64,000 nt of DNA from Chlorobiota bacterium (GCA_013152535.1 JAADGE010000009.1:1570-65569); one strand, 5' to 3'; shown: positions 48,693-58,548, numbered from the stretch's first letter. The notes: generated from the sequence alone by a model not told the origin. Program-made: numbers and translations.

Positions 48693-49263
48693 TCTTTATC
48701 TTAATTTTTGACAATTGTTCTAATTTTTCTCGTATTCTTTCTTTAGCTCTTAAATATTGTGATTTTGATGTATTATGGCTGATATTTAATTTCTCTGCTA
48801 TTTCTTTGTGTTTATACCCTTCAATTGCGTACATATTAAAAATCACTCTGTAACCTTCGGGTAAATCATTTATAACCTTTAACAACTCCTCTTTTGTAAA
48901 ATCTTCGTTTCCCCACACATAATTTTCGGTATTTTTTTCAGTTATTTCATCAATATCATAAGTTTCATTATATTTTTTATTTTTATGATAAAAAGAAATC
49001 GCTGTGTTTACAATTATTCTTTTCATCCAACCTTCAAAAGAACCGATATCTTTAAAATCATTAATTTTTGTTAATATTTTAACAAATCCTTCTTGTAAAA
49101 CATCTTCTGCTTCAGCCTCTGACTTGCTGTATCTCAAACATATACCAAACAACACCGGAGAATATACATCGTATAATTCTTTCTGTGCTTTTTTGTCGTA
49201 TGCTTTGCATTTCTTTACTATCTGATGTAAATCAATCATTTGCTTTCGTGTTTCAGACTGCAT
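48682..49263 (-). CDS. ECF (sigma-70 family) RNA polymerase sigma factor
   Basis: Region 2 (EAEDVLQEGFVKI, WMKRIIVNTAISFY) and region 4 (YRVIFNMYAIEGYKHKEIAEKLNISHNTSKSQYLRAKERI). Confidence 0.88.
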   Translation of the reverse strand: MQSETRKQMIDLHQIVKKCKAYDKKAQKELYDVYSPVLFGICLRYSKSEAEAEDVLQEGFVKILTKINDFKDIGSFEGWMKRIIVNTAISFYHKNKKYNETYDIDEITEKNTENYVWGNEDFTKEELLKVINDLPEGYRVIFNMYAIEGYKHKEIAEKLNISHNTSKSQYLRAKERIREKLEQLSKIKIKNVK

Positions 49264-49317
49264 ACTGTTTGAAAAAGTTGCACGGGATTAATGTTTTTTT
49301 CAATTTAAGAATGAAAT

Positions 49318-50193
49318 CTATTGTACTTGTGATATTTCTGCTTTTCGCAAAAAATATTTTTTTTGCTTTTCAGTTAAAAACGTATTTTTAATTAATATAT
49401 TTTTAATAATTTTTTTCTGTTTTTGATAGTCGTCAATTAAATTGAACTTTTTTAAAGCATTTAAATATTCTGTTTGCCAAATAAGGTTTTTAGGATAAGA
49501 TTTTAAAAGTTTTTTATAATAATACTTTGAAAGTGCTGCATTTTTTTCGTCTTTGTAATAAATTAATGCAAGTTGGTGTAAACTTCTTGTTTGCATCTTT
49601 TTGTCTGATGAGTTTGTGCATTCTTTGAGTGAGTTAAGACCTTCTTTTTTATTTCCGCTTGGGTAAAACAGCAGTATCGGATATATAATCGGATAATCTT
49701 CTTTTGCAGTTTCAACATAATAATTATACATACCTGAAATATATTTCATTCTTTCATTTTCTTGATGTTCTGTTGCATATTCAAAATATTTTATGATTGA
49801 TTGCATATTTTTGGCAGCACTTAAATATTCCTTTTTTTTGACACTGATTTTTAAAAGAATGGATTTTGCCGAAATAATTCTGAACACATCATTATTTGTA
49901 TTTATTTTTTTCTTTTTCAGTTGTGTAACAGCCGCATCCGAATATTTTTTGCAAATGTTATAATATTTATCTTCTCCTCCGGATGTTTCAAATAACACTG
50001 AGTAATAATTGGCAATAATTAATTTTGTTTTAACGTTTTCCGGATATTCTCTTTTGATTTTCAGTAATATTTTTTTTGCATTAGGATAATTTCCGGAAAA
50101 TATTGCATTAAAATATAAATCAAATTCTTCTTTTGGCTGAGAAAAAGAAGTGGCTACAGCGAAAATTAATAATATTAGTAATAATTTTTTCAC
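49318..50193 (-). CDS. secreted TPR-like hypothetical protein
   Basis: Signal peptide and all-helical repeat-like composition. No specific motif. Confidence 0.4.
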   Translation of the reverse strand: MKKLLLILLIFAVATSFSQPKEEFDLYFNAIFSGNYPNAKKILLKIKREYPENVKTKLIIANYYSVLFETSGGEDKYYNICKKYSDAAVTQLKKKKINTNNDVFRIISAKSILLKISVKKKEYLSAAKNMQSIIKYFEYATEHQENERMKYISGMYNYYVETAKEDYPIIYPILLFYPSGNKKEGLNSLKECTNSSDKKMQTRSLHQLALIYYKDEKNAALSKYYYKKLLKSYPKNLIWQTEYLNALKKFNLIDDYQKQKKIIKNILIKNTFLTEKQKKYFLRKAEISQVQ

Positions 50194-50273
50194 GGGCTAA
50201 AAATAATAAAATTTATGTATGAATTTTTGATTAAACAATTCTTTAATAGTTTTGTATTTCAATAATTACTAAA

Positions 50274-50546
50274 ATGAAAAAAGAAAAAATTACAAAAAAC
50301 ATAACTATTGAAGATTTAGTTGAGAAATATCCTTTTTCCGTTAATTATTTATCAAAAAAAAGTATTCGTTGCATTGTTTGCGGCGAACCGCTTTGGGGAA
50401 CTCTGGAGGAAGCAGCGAAAGAAAAAGGTTATGACAATAAAACAACAGACAAATTTGTTGAAGAACTTAACGAATTAAATAATAACTTTGAAGAAAAAGT
50501 TAATAATAATTTCAAAGAAATAAATACCGACAAAACAGATGTATAA
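50274..50546 (+). CDS. DUF1858 domain protein (hybrid-cluster-protein-associated redox disulfide type)
   Basis: ITIEDLVEKYPFSVNYLSKKSIRCIVCGEPLWGTLEEAAKEKGY matches the DUF1858 pattern with CxxC. Confidence 0.65.
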   Translation: MKKEKITKNITIEDLVEKYPFSVNYLSKKSIRCIVCGEPLWGTLEEAAKEKGYDNKTTDKFVEELNELNNNFEEKVNNNFKEINTDKTDV

Positions 50547-51348
50547 AGCAGTTGTAATCGATTTAGACGGAACTTTATTAAACGATGAAAAAAAAGTAGG
50601 CAAAGACGATTTGCTGACTTTATATGAGTTAGGTAAAAAAGATATTGTTCGTATAATTGCTACCGGAAGGTCTTTATTTAGTTTTCATGAAGTTGTAAAC
50701 AATACTTTCCCGATTGATTATTTAATTTTTGATGCCGGCGGAGGTATCATAAATTTCAAAACGAAAGAAATATTAATATCTCATTTTTTACTTTCGGAAG
50801 ATGTTAAATATATTGCCGAAAAGCTAAGTGAATTAAAAATAGATTTTCAGGTAAGAAATAAAATTCCGGACAGTCATAAGTACTTTTATAAAAGATTTTT
50901 GGATTGTAATCCCGATTTTGACAGATTAAATATGCTTTATAAAAATTATAGCACAGAATTGAGCAGTTTCTCTGTATTATCCGATGCTTCCAGATTTATA
51001 GCAATTTCTCCCGTTGACGATATAGTGAAAATAATAACCGATGAATTTGCCGAATACAGTATAATAAGAGCAAGTTCGCCTATTGATAATAAATCAGTTT
51101 GGATGGAAATATACCCGAAAAACGTCAATAAAGGAAGTTCTTTGAAGTATCTTTGTAATAAACTGAAAATAAGTATGTCGGAAACTGTGGGTTTGGGAAA
51201 TGATTATAATGATATTGAATTTCTGAACATTACAGGTAAAAGTTTTATTGTTTCAAATGCACCGAAAATATTAAAAGAAAGATATACAATTACAGTAAGG
51301 AATAATGAAAATCCTTTAACCGAAATTGTGAAAAATGTATTTATTTAA
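50539..51348 (+). CDS. Cof-type HAD-IIB family hydrolase
   Basis: VVIDLDGTLL, ATGRS and GLGNDYNDIEFL motifs. Confidence 0.8.
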   Translation: MYKAVVIDLDGTLLNDEKKVGKDDLLTLYELGKKDIVRIIATGRSLFSFHEVVNNTFPIDYLIFDAGGGIINFKTKEILISHFLLSEDVKYIAEKLSELKIDFQVRNKIPDSHKYFYKRFLDCNPDFDRLNMLYKNYSTELSSFSVLSDASRFIAISPVDDIVKIITDEFAEYSIIRASSPIDNKSVWMEIYPKNVNKGSSLKYLCNKLKISMSETVGLGNDYNDIEFLNITGKSFIVSNAPKILKERYTITVRNNENPLTEIVKNVFI

Positions 51349-52250
51349 GTTCTGTTCTTTTTTGAATAGTATATATTAAGAGTAATTAACCATAATAATA
51401 CAAAAATACTCATAACGGCAGCAGGTATTGCCGATTTTTCTTCAAATAAAATTAAAGTAACCGCAATTGCAAAACCGGAACTTTTTATCGTAAGCATTAA
51501 ATTTTTACTTATTATCAGTTTTTTATCGGTAGTTTTTCTGTGAATAAACAAGAAAAATACGCCTGTCCCGAAAGTGCTTAAAAACAAAATACCGACAGAT
51601 TTCAGAACCGTTATATAATCATTAAAAATTAAATCTCTGTTTACGGCAACGGCAGTGTATATAATTAATGCAAATCCCCAATCAATAATTTTTCCGCGAA
51701 TTTTTTCCGTAACAGGATATATCTTTTTAATAAGAAGAAATCTTGACAGAATTAACGGAACAACAATAATCTTTACGGTTACTCCGATTATTATCATAGG
51801 ATTAAGAACAACTCCTTCTGAAAAAACATAGATAATTAAAGGAGATAAAATTACAGATGCTAAATATGCTCCCAAAATACCTCTGAATGAAAAATCCTGA
51901 TTCCCTTTAAAAGTATATGTAAAAGGAATGACCGCAACACCCGGAGGCGTAGCTGCCAGTACAACAAACCCGTTGAAAATAGATTTATCAAAAGAGAAAT
52001 ATGCAATTCCCAATAACAGAATACCTTGAAAAATAAAATTATACAAGATTGCTTCTCCGGAAACTTTTAATGTTGATTTATAGTCTTTTAATAAATTTAA
52101 CTTCACACCCGTTAAAGAAAAAATCATAACAACAGCTAATATATATAAGGTGTAGTCTGAAATATATTTTGAACCTCCGGGTAATAAGAATGCAAATATT
52201 AATGCCGAAATAAGTATTACATTTCTGTTTTGTAGTAATTTGAGAAACAT
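51345..52250 (-). CDS. polytopic membrane permease (AEC/bile-acid:sodium symporter-like, tentative)
   Basis: 301 aa with about 9-10 TM segments. Family assignment rests on topology and composition only. Confidence 0.35.
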   Translation of the reverse strand: MFLKLLQNRNVILISALIFAFLLPGGSKYISDYTLYILAVVMIFSLTGVKLNLLKDYKSTLKVSGEAILYNFIFQGILLLGIAYFSFDKSIFNGFVVLAATPPGVAVIPFTYTFKGNQDFSFRGILGAYLASVILSPLIIYVFSEGVVLNPMIIIGVTVKIIVVPLILSRFLLIKKIYPVTEKIRGKIIDWGFALIIYTAVAVNRDLIFNDYITVLKSVGILFLSTFGTGVFFLFIHRKTTDKKLIISKNLMLTIKSSGFAIAVTLILFEEKSAIPAAVMSIFVLLWLITLNIYYSKKNRT

Positions 52251-52407
52251 TTATAGAGGTATTTTGTTTTTGGATTTAAAAATTAAATTTTTGCAAATAT
52301 CTGTTTTTATTTGTAATTATAAGAATAATGAGAGATGTAATATGCTTAGGTTAAAATATTTTTACTAATATAAATAAATGTATAAATGCGTTTTAAATAA
52401 AAGTTTA

Positions 52408-52415
52408 TATATTTG
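52408..52415 (+). promoter_or_regulatory. -7 box TAtaTTTG for rpsO
   Basis: Exact TAnnTTTG match about 40 nt upstream of the rpsO ATG. Confidence 0.45.
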
Positions 52416-52454
52416 TACGCTTAAATTATTAACAAAAATAAATTATTTTAACTC

Positions 52455-52724
52455 ATGTATTTAAACGCAGAAAAAAAACAAGAGATTTTTCAACAGTACG
52501 GAAAGTCTAATAATGACACCGGTTCTGTAGAGAGCCAAGTAGCATTATTTTCCCACCGTATTACGCACTTAAATGAACATCTTAAAAAAAATAAAAAAGA
52601 TCATCATACAAGAAGAGCGTTAATAAAATTGGTAGGAAAAAGAAAAAAGTTACTTAAATATTTACAAAATAACGATATTGAAAGATATCGTAATTTAATA
52701 AAGGCTCTCGGATTACGTAAGTAA
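52455..52724 (+). CDS. rpsO: 30S ribosomal protein S15
   Basis: 89 aa. GSVESQVALFSHRITHLNEHLKKNKKDHHTRRALIKLVGKRKKLLKYL. Confidence 0.95.
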   Translation: MYLNAEKKQEIFQQYGKSNNDTGSVESQVALFSHRITHLNEHLKKNKKDHHTRRALIKLVGKRKKLLKYLQNNDIERYRNLIKALGLRK

Positions 52725-52740
52725 TTCTTCCCCTAAAGAG

Positions 52741-52775
52741 AAAGGCATACATACTATATGCCTTTTTCTTTTATT
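52741..52775 (+). terminator. rpsO terminator/attenuator hairpin
   Basis: AAAGGCATA / TATGCCTTT 9-bp stem, 7-nt loop, then a T-rich run. Lies between rpsO and pnp as in other bacteria. Confidence 0.7.
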
Positions 52776-52824
52776 TATTTTGCGTAAAATACATTAAACA
52801 CATTAACATTAATACAAAATAAAA

Positions 52825-55002
52825 ATGAATATTATTACAAGAAAAATTGATATAGGAAACGGCAGGATAGTAGAAATTGAAACCGGAAAATTAGCAAAGC
52901 AAGCAGACGGATCTGTTGTTGTAAAACAAGGAGACACAATGCTTTTGGCAACAGTTGTTTCCTCTAAAGATGCAAAAGAAAATGTTGATTTTATGCCTTT
53001 ATCGGTAGATTATCGCGAAAAATTTGCTGCCGCAGGGCGATTCCCGGGAGGTTTCAGAAAAAGAGAAGGCAGACCTTCTGATGAAGAAGTGCTTGTTGCA
53101 CGTTTAATCGACAGAGCTTTAAGACCTTTATTTCCTTCTGATTATCATGCAGATACATTCGTAAATGTTGAATTAATTTCAGCAGACAGAGAAAAAGAAG
53201 TTATGCCCGATGCCTTAGCCGGATTAGCTGCATCAGCAGCTCTTGCTGTGAGCGATATTCCGTTTCACGGACCGATTTCCGAAGTCCGAGTGGGAAAAAT
53301 TGACGGTGAATTAATTATAAATCCGACTTTCTCACAACTTGAAAACACGGAAATTGACATAATGCTTGCAGCAACCATAGACAATATTTTGATGGTTGAA
53401 GGTGATATGAAAGAAATTTCCGAAGAAGAAATGCTTGAAGCAATGAAATTCGGACACGAAGAAATTAAGAAACACTGCAAAGTTCAACTTGAAATGGCTG
53501 AAGAAAAAGGTGTAACCGAAAAAAGAGAATATCAACACGAGCAAGAAGATGATGAAGAACTTAGAGCAAAGTTAAAAGAAGCAGTAAGTAAAAAAATATA
53601 TGAAGTTGCGAAATCTGCTTTGTCAAAGCATGAACGTACCGAAAAATTTTCTGAAATAAAACAAGAATTTATTGACGGTTTTTCAGAAGAAGAACAAGAA
53701 GAATTAAATACAGTTCTTATTGGTAAATATTTTCATGATGAAGAAAAAGAGGTTGTGAGAAATATGGTTTTACACGACAGAATTCGTCTTGACGGAAGAA
53801 AATTAAACGAAATCAGACCTATTTGGTGTGAAATTGATTACTTGCCCGGTACTCACGGTTCGGCAATATTTACAAGAGGCGAAACTCAATCTTTATCCTC
53901 CGTAACGCTTGGTTCACCGCTTGATGTTCAAACTGTTGACAGACCTTTAGATCAAAGCAAATCGAATTTTTTATTGCATTATAATTTCTTGCCTTTTTCT
54001 ACAGGTGATGCAAGACCGTACAGAGGAACAGGAAGAAGAGAAATCGGACACGGAAATTTGGCTCACCGAGCACTTGCTTCTATGTTACCCGAAAAAGAAG
54101 ATAATCCTTATACAATAAGAATTGTTTCCGATATATTGGAATCAAACGGTTCGTCCTCAATGGCTACAGTTTGTGCAGGAACATTGGCACTGATGGATAC
54201 AGGGGTAAAAATAAAAAAACCGGTTTCCGGAATTGCAATGGGTTTAATTACTGATGAAAAAGGAAATTTTGCCGTATTATCAGATATTCTCGGAGACGAA
54301 GACCATCTTGGTGATATGGATTTTAAAGTTACGGGAACAACAGACGGAATAACTGCTTGCCAAATGGATATTAAAGTTGACGGACTTCCTTATGAAATTT
54401 TGTCTCAGGCGTTGACTCAGGCAAAAGAAGGACGAGCTCATATTTTAAATGAAATGTTGAAAACAATTTCCGAACCGAGAGCTGAATATAAATCGCATGT
54501 TCCCGGAATTACCTCAATAATTATACCGGGCGATTTGATAGGAACAGTTATCGGACCGGGAGGAAAAATGATACAACAAATTCAAAAAGATACCCAAACA
54601 ACCATTACAATTGAAGAAATTGACAGTTTGGGAAATGTTGTAATTATGGGACCGACACAAGATTCTATTAATGAAGCAAAAGATTATATAAAAGGCTTAA
54701 CCGCTGTCCCGGAAATCGGTCAGGTTTACACGGGCAAAGTGAAAAAAATTGTCGATTTTGGTGCTTTTGTTGAAATTTTGCCCGGTAAAGACGGTTTACT
54801 TCATATTTCTGAAATTTCTTATGAAAGAACAAATAAAGTCGAAGATGTTCTTAAAGAAGGTCAGGAAATTGAAGTTAAATTAATTGGTATTGATTCAAGA
54901 ACAAAAAAATTAAAATTATCTCGAAAAGCATTATTGCCGAAACCGGAACGAAAAAAAGATGATAAAAAAGATGATAAAAAAGACGATAAAAAAGAGATTT
55001 AG
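52825..55002 (+). CDS. pnp: polyribonucleotide nucleotidyltransferase (PNPase)
   Basis: Two RNase PH domains, a KH domain ([19 protein letters not shown]) and an S1 domain ([32 protein letters not shown]). The C-terminal tail is [16 protein letters not shown]. Confidence 0.95.
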   Translation: MNIITRKIDIGNGRIVEIETGKLAKQADGSVVVKQGDTMLLATVVSSKDAKENVDFMPLSVDYREKFAAAGRFPGGFRKREGRPSDEEVLVARLIDRALRPLFPSDYHADTFVNVELISADREKEVMPDALAGLAASAALAVSDIPFHGPISEVRVGKIDGELIINPTFSQLENTEIDIMLAATIDNILMVEGDMKEISEEEMLEAMKFGHEEIKKHCKVQLEMAEEKGVTEKREYQHEQEDDEELRAKLKEAVSKKIYEVAKSALSKHERTEKFSEIKQEFIDGFSEEEQEELNTVLIGKYFHDEEKEVVRNMVLHDRIRLDGRKLNEIRPIWCEIDYLPGTHGSAIFTRGETQSLSSVTLGSPLDVQTVDRPLDQSKSNFLLHYNFLPFSTGDARPYRGTGRREIGHGNLAHRALASMLPEKEDNPYTIRIVSDILESNGSSSMATVCAGTLALMDTGVKIKKPVSGIAMGLITDEKGNFAVLSDILGDEDHLGDMDFKVTGTTDGITACQMDIKVDGLPYEILSQALTQAKEGRAHILNEMLKTISEPRAEYKSHVPGITSIIIPGDLIGTVIGPGGKMIQQIQKDTQTTITIEEIDSLGNVVIMGPTQDSINEAKDYIKGLTAVPEIGQVYTGKVKKIVDFGAFVEILPGKDGLLHISEISYERTNKVEDVLKEGQEIEVKLIGIDSRTKKLKLSRKALLPKPERKKDDKKDDKKDDKKEI

Positions 55003-55026
55003 TTCTGAATTTTAAGAAAAATAAAA

Positions 55027-55060
55027 AAAATCCTCGATTATTTATCTGAGGATTTTTTAT
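55027..55060 (+). terminator. Rho-independent terminator after pnp
   Basis: AAAATCCTCG / CTGAGGATTTT stem followed by T-run. Confidence 0.7.
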
Positions 55061-55279
55061 TTTAAAAAATATTACTGACATTTTATTAACATAAATAGTA
55101 AACTTTGTAATACTTTTTAAATTGACTTCTTGACATTTTGCATTTTTTAACCGACAAATTGTATGTTATGTAAAGTTTACGATGCCTTTTATTGACTTGA
55201 AAAATCGGAACTCCGGTATAATTTTTGGAATAGATTAATCGGAAAAACATTTTAAATCAAACAAAAGGAGGAACAAAAA

Positions 55280-56896
55280 ATGAAAAAATTATTTTTATTA
55301 ATCGGATTGGCACTTTTTATCTTGAGCTCGTGTACCACGACTCGAGTTGTGCATTATTATGACGATGCTTATCCGTCTTCAAAAACAACCACAGTTGTTG
55401 TAAAAGACAAAAATAATACAACTGTAGTTCAAAATGATACAGATAACGATGTGTATGATAATTATGCTGATGACAATTCAGCAGAAAATAATGTCTCAAA
55501 CTATTCAGATGATACCGGTAATTATTCGGATACAGTTGTTATTAATAATGACGGAAATAGTGATGTAGATGTTTATGTGTATAACAATTATCCGTCTTAC
55601 TCTTCGAGAATAAGGCACTTCTATGGTTCAACATACATAATCTCTGATTATAATGATGATTATTATACATACGGAGGTTGGAATGATTATTATTCTCCGT
55701 ATTATAGTACCGGATATTATTACAGACCATTTTACGGAAGATCATGGTATCAATGGAACAGACCGTATTACTATAATTCTTGGGGATACGGAAGCTATTG
55801 GAGCGGATACAATAATGGTTATTATGACGGGTATTATGACGGTTATTATAATAATTATTGGGGATACGGTGGTTATTATAACTACGGATATTACAATAAT
55901 TCTTATTACAATGACAGATATTCCAAAAATTATTCTGCATACGGAAACCGTTACAGAACAAATGCCGGTGAAAGAAGCAGCGGTACAAGAAATAATACTG
56001 TAAGGCATAGTTCCGTAAGCAAATCTGTTCCGGGAGATAAAAGAAATACGAACAGAAATAATGCTTTAAGAAATACAGGCTCTGACAGAAATACAACAGT
56101 AAGAAGATCAAATGTAAACAGAGTTAATACCGGAACGAATACCGAAAGAGTAAACTCAAGAACAAACAGTAACAGAGTTAATCACGGAACAAATTCAGGA
56201 AGGGTAGGGACAAGAACAAATAGTAACAGAGTTAATGCCGGGAATACAGGACGTGTAGATTCAAGAACAAATAATGACAGGTTTAATTCAGGATCTAACT
56301 CAAACAGAGTCGATTCTCGAAATAACAACCACAGAGTTAATACTGGAAATAACACAACTGTAAGAAGAAGTTCTTCAAGTACCAGCAGAAATTATAACAG
56401 AACGTCAACCGGCAGAAATACAGGTTACAACCCAAGAACTAATTATAATTCAGGTAATACCAGAACTTATAACTCGAACAGAAATCAGTCTTCCGGTCAT
56501 AACAGAACAAATTATAACAGACCGAATACCGGTTCTGATTCGAATTACAGCAGTCATTCAAGAACCAATAATCACAGTTCGTATTCAAGACCGAAAACAA
56601 ATAACAGCTCTAATTACAGCAGCAAAAATTCAGGAAACAGAAGAACTTATAATAACAGTTCACGATCAAACTCATCCGGAAATCGTTCAAGTTATAACAG
56701 CGGTTCACGTTCGAGTAGTTCACACTCTAATTTCAACAGCGGAAGTCGTTCAAACAATTCTCGTTCGAGCAGTTCACGTTCAAATTACAGCAGCGGTTCA
56801 CGTTCTTCCGGAAGTTCTCACTCAAGCGGAAGTCGCTCAGGCAGTTCGCGTTCAGGCAACAGTTCTTCAAGCTCTTCTCGTTCGGGAAGAAGATAA
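55280..56896 (+). CDS. extreme low-complexity lipoprotein (Y/N/G-rich block, then R/N/S/T repeat tail)
   Basis: Lipobox LFILSSC. Preceded by AAGGAGG (55265-55271). Residues about 100-215 are dominated by Y, N, G, D and S (YYNNYWGYGGYYNYGYYNNSYYNDRY). Then come RTNSNRVNxG-type repeats and an SGSRSS-type tail ending SRSGRR. Confidence 0.6.
   Translation: MKKLFLLIGLALFILSSCTTTRVVHYYDDAYPSSKTTTVVVKDKNNTTVVQNDTDNDVYDNYADDNSAENNVSNYSDDTGNYSDTVVINNDGNSDVDVYVYNNYPSYSSRIRHFYGSTYIISDYNDDYYTYGGWNDYYSPYYSTGYYYRPFYGRSWYQWNRPYYYNSWGYGSYWSGYNNGYYDGYYDGYYNNYWGYGGYYNYGYYNNSYYNDRYSKNYSAYGNRYRTNAGERSSGTRNNTVRHSSVSKSVPGDKRNTNRNNALRNTGSDRNTTVRRSNVNRVNTGTNTERVNSRTNSNRVNHGTNSGRVGTRTNSNRVNAGNTGRVDSRTNNDRFNSGSNSNRVDSRNNNHRVNTGNNTTVRRSSSSTSRNYNRTSTGRNTGYNPRTNYNSGNTRTYNSNRNQSSGHNRTNYNRPNTGSDSNYSSHSRTNNHSSYSRPKTNNSSNYSSKNSGNRRTYNNSSRSNSSGNRSSYNSGSRSSSSHSNFNSGSRSNNSRSSSSRSNYSSGSRSSGSSHSSGSRSGSSRSGNSSSSSSRSGRR
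56110..56345 (+). repeat. degenerate in-frame tandem repeats (about 51-54 nt period) inside the low-complexity gene
   Basis: CAAGAACAAACAGTAACAGAGTTAAT at 56157-56182 recurs with one mismatch at 56211-56236 and degenerately at 56262-56287. AACAGAGTTAAT-like cores also occur at about 56116, 56301 and 56329. Confidence 0.6.
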
Positions 56897-56904
56897 TATA
56901 AATT

Positions 56905-56939
56905 AAATGCCGAGTCCTTCGGTACACGACTCGGCATTT
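56905..56939 (+). terminator. 12-bp hairpin between the low-complexity gene and the barrel gene (weak terminator or processing/attenuation element)
   Basis: AAATGCCGAGTC / GACTCGGCATTT with an 11-nt loop. No extended U-tract follows. Confidence 0.4.
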
Positions 56940-56994
56940 AAAATTTAAGTTTCTGAAATAACAAATATCTTATTTCAATCTAAAAAACACAAAA

Positions 56995-58548
56995 ATGGTT
57001 TCAAAAAAAAATATTTTCATTATTGTGCTGATAATGAATTTTAGTTTTTCATTTGCACAAAATCATATCGATGCACTTCGATACAGTCAACAATTTTGGT
57101 CAGCAACGGCAAAATCTGATGCTATGGGTAATTCCTTATCGGCATTAGGTGCGGATATGTCTGCATTTTCAATAAATCCTGCCGGTATTGCAGTATTTAA
57201 AAATGCACAATTTACCTTAACACCTAATTTTATTATTAGCAATACTGACGGAACTTTTCTCGGAAGTTCGAGAAAAGAAAATAAGAATGGTTTTACGTTT
57301 TCAAATATTGCTTATGTTGGTGTTATGTATCCGAAAAATATATTTAAATCAGTAAATTTCGGAGTGGCATATAATTCTTATAATGATTACAGAAAACGAA
57401 CGGTTGTTTCCGGCACTAATCCTGACGGCTCAATCTTAGATTATTTGGTATATAACGCAAATTCCGACAGATACAGTGTTTTTAGAGAAGATTTGGCATA
57501 TAGAGGATGGTTGCTGAATTATGATGATACCAAGGGCGAATATTGGTCTTATGTAACTGATGATGCACGCTACGGTGAAACTCAAAGAAATGAGATTGTT
57601 ACAAAAGGCGGTGCCGGGGAATTTATTCTTTCATTAGGCGGAAATATTGCCGATAAATTATATCTCGGAATGAGTGTCGGTTTTGCATCAATCAATTATC
57701 GTGAAGAATCTCTTTATTCCGAATCAAATTTTCCGATTATTTATGCAGACGATTCAAATAATCCCGGGGACAGTATTATTGTCAGCCCGACACAATTGGA
57801 TTATTCGCAGACATTGGTATCTGAAGGCAACGGAATTAACGGAAAATTCGGTTTTATTTATCAACCGTTTAAATTCTTACGATTCGGCGGAGCTGTTCAC
57901 ACTTCAACAGGTTATAAATTTAATGATGATTATCAAACATCAATGTATATTGATTATCCTGTTGCTGATAACAACGGATATTATGATTATGAACCCGATA
58001 CGGCAAATACGTTTATATGGCGTTTGCAAACACCGTTCAGAGCAACTTTCGGTACGGCATTTATTTTTGATTCGCATCAAATAGGGAAATTCTATACGGT
58101 TCCTATGACTTTTACTATTGATTATGAATATGTTGATTATTCAAGAGCTCGATTAAAAGCAAATTATTCTTCAGATTATTCCTTTGATAATGAGAATTTT
58201 ACAGTTAAAAATTTGTATCAGGCAACTCACAGCATCAGAGCCGGAGCGGAATTTAATTTCGGTTTTATGAAATTGCGCGGAGGTTATGCAGTTTATACCA
58301 GTCCGTATAAAGGGAATACCGATTTTTTTGACGGAGCAAAATCTATTTATTCAGGCGGTATCGGATTTGCCGGAGAACATTCTTATATCGATTTTTCATA
58401 TTCTTATGCAAAAAACAACGAAACAATCTATCTTTATAATGCAACAAATGTTTTTCCGTACGATCCTATGGGGGGTAAAACCGAACCGACGGCAACTGCT
58501 AAAGATGTAAAACAATTTATTAAAGTAACTTTAGGATTGCGGTTTTAA
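56995..58548 (+). CDS. outer membrane beta-barrel protein, FadL/TodX/PorV-like
   Basis: Signal peptide ending SFAQ. N-terminal AKSDAMGNSLSALGADMSAFSINPAGIAVF resembles the FadL/PorV hatch motif. Alternating beta-strand pattern and a C-terminal LGLRF. Confidence 0.55.
   Translation: MVSKKNIFIIVLIMNFSFSFAQNHIDALRYSQQFWSATAKSDAMGNSLSALGADMSAFSINPAGIAVFKNAQFTLTPNFIISNTDGTFLGSSRKENKNGFTFSNIAYVGVMYPKNIFKSVNFGVAYNSYNDYRKRTVVSGTNPDGSILDYLVYNANSDRYSVFREDLAYRGWLLNYDDTKGEYWSYVTDDARYGETQRNEIVTKGGAGEFILSLGGNIADKLYLGMSVGFASINYREESLYSESNFPIIYADDSNNPGDSIIVSPTQLDYSQTLVSEGNGINGKFGFIYQPFKFLRFGGAVHTSTGYKFNDDYQTSMYIDYPVADNNGYYDYEPDTANTFIWRLQTPFRATFGTAFIFDSHQIGKFYTVPMTFTIDYEYVDYSRARLKANYSSDYSFDNENFTVKNLYQATHSIRAGAEFNFGFMKLRGGYAVYTSPYKGNTDFFDGAKSIYSGGIGFAGEHSYIDFSYSYAKNNETIYLYNATNVFPYDPMGGKTEPTATAKDVKQFIKVTLGLRF

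Noticed and set aside
54950-55002. [14 protein letters not shown] repeat at the PNPase C-terminus
   Set aside because: It is a short charged tail produced by a 15-nt repeat. Such tails are common lineage-specific decorations and there is no evidence of separate function.
55317-56111. Alternative-frame ORFs (55317-55499-, 55542-56111-, 55653-56003+, 55742-56008-) within the low-complexity gene
   Set aside because: They are open only because the TAT/AAT/GGT-rich repeats lack stop codons in several frames. Only the 55280 frame has a lipoprotein signal, a ribosome-binding site and a terminator.
57674-58510. ORFs 57674-58084(+) and 58286-58510(+) inside the barrel gene
   Set aside because: They are out of frame within a 517-aa ORF that has a signal peptide and beta-barrel periodicity.
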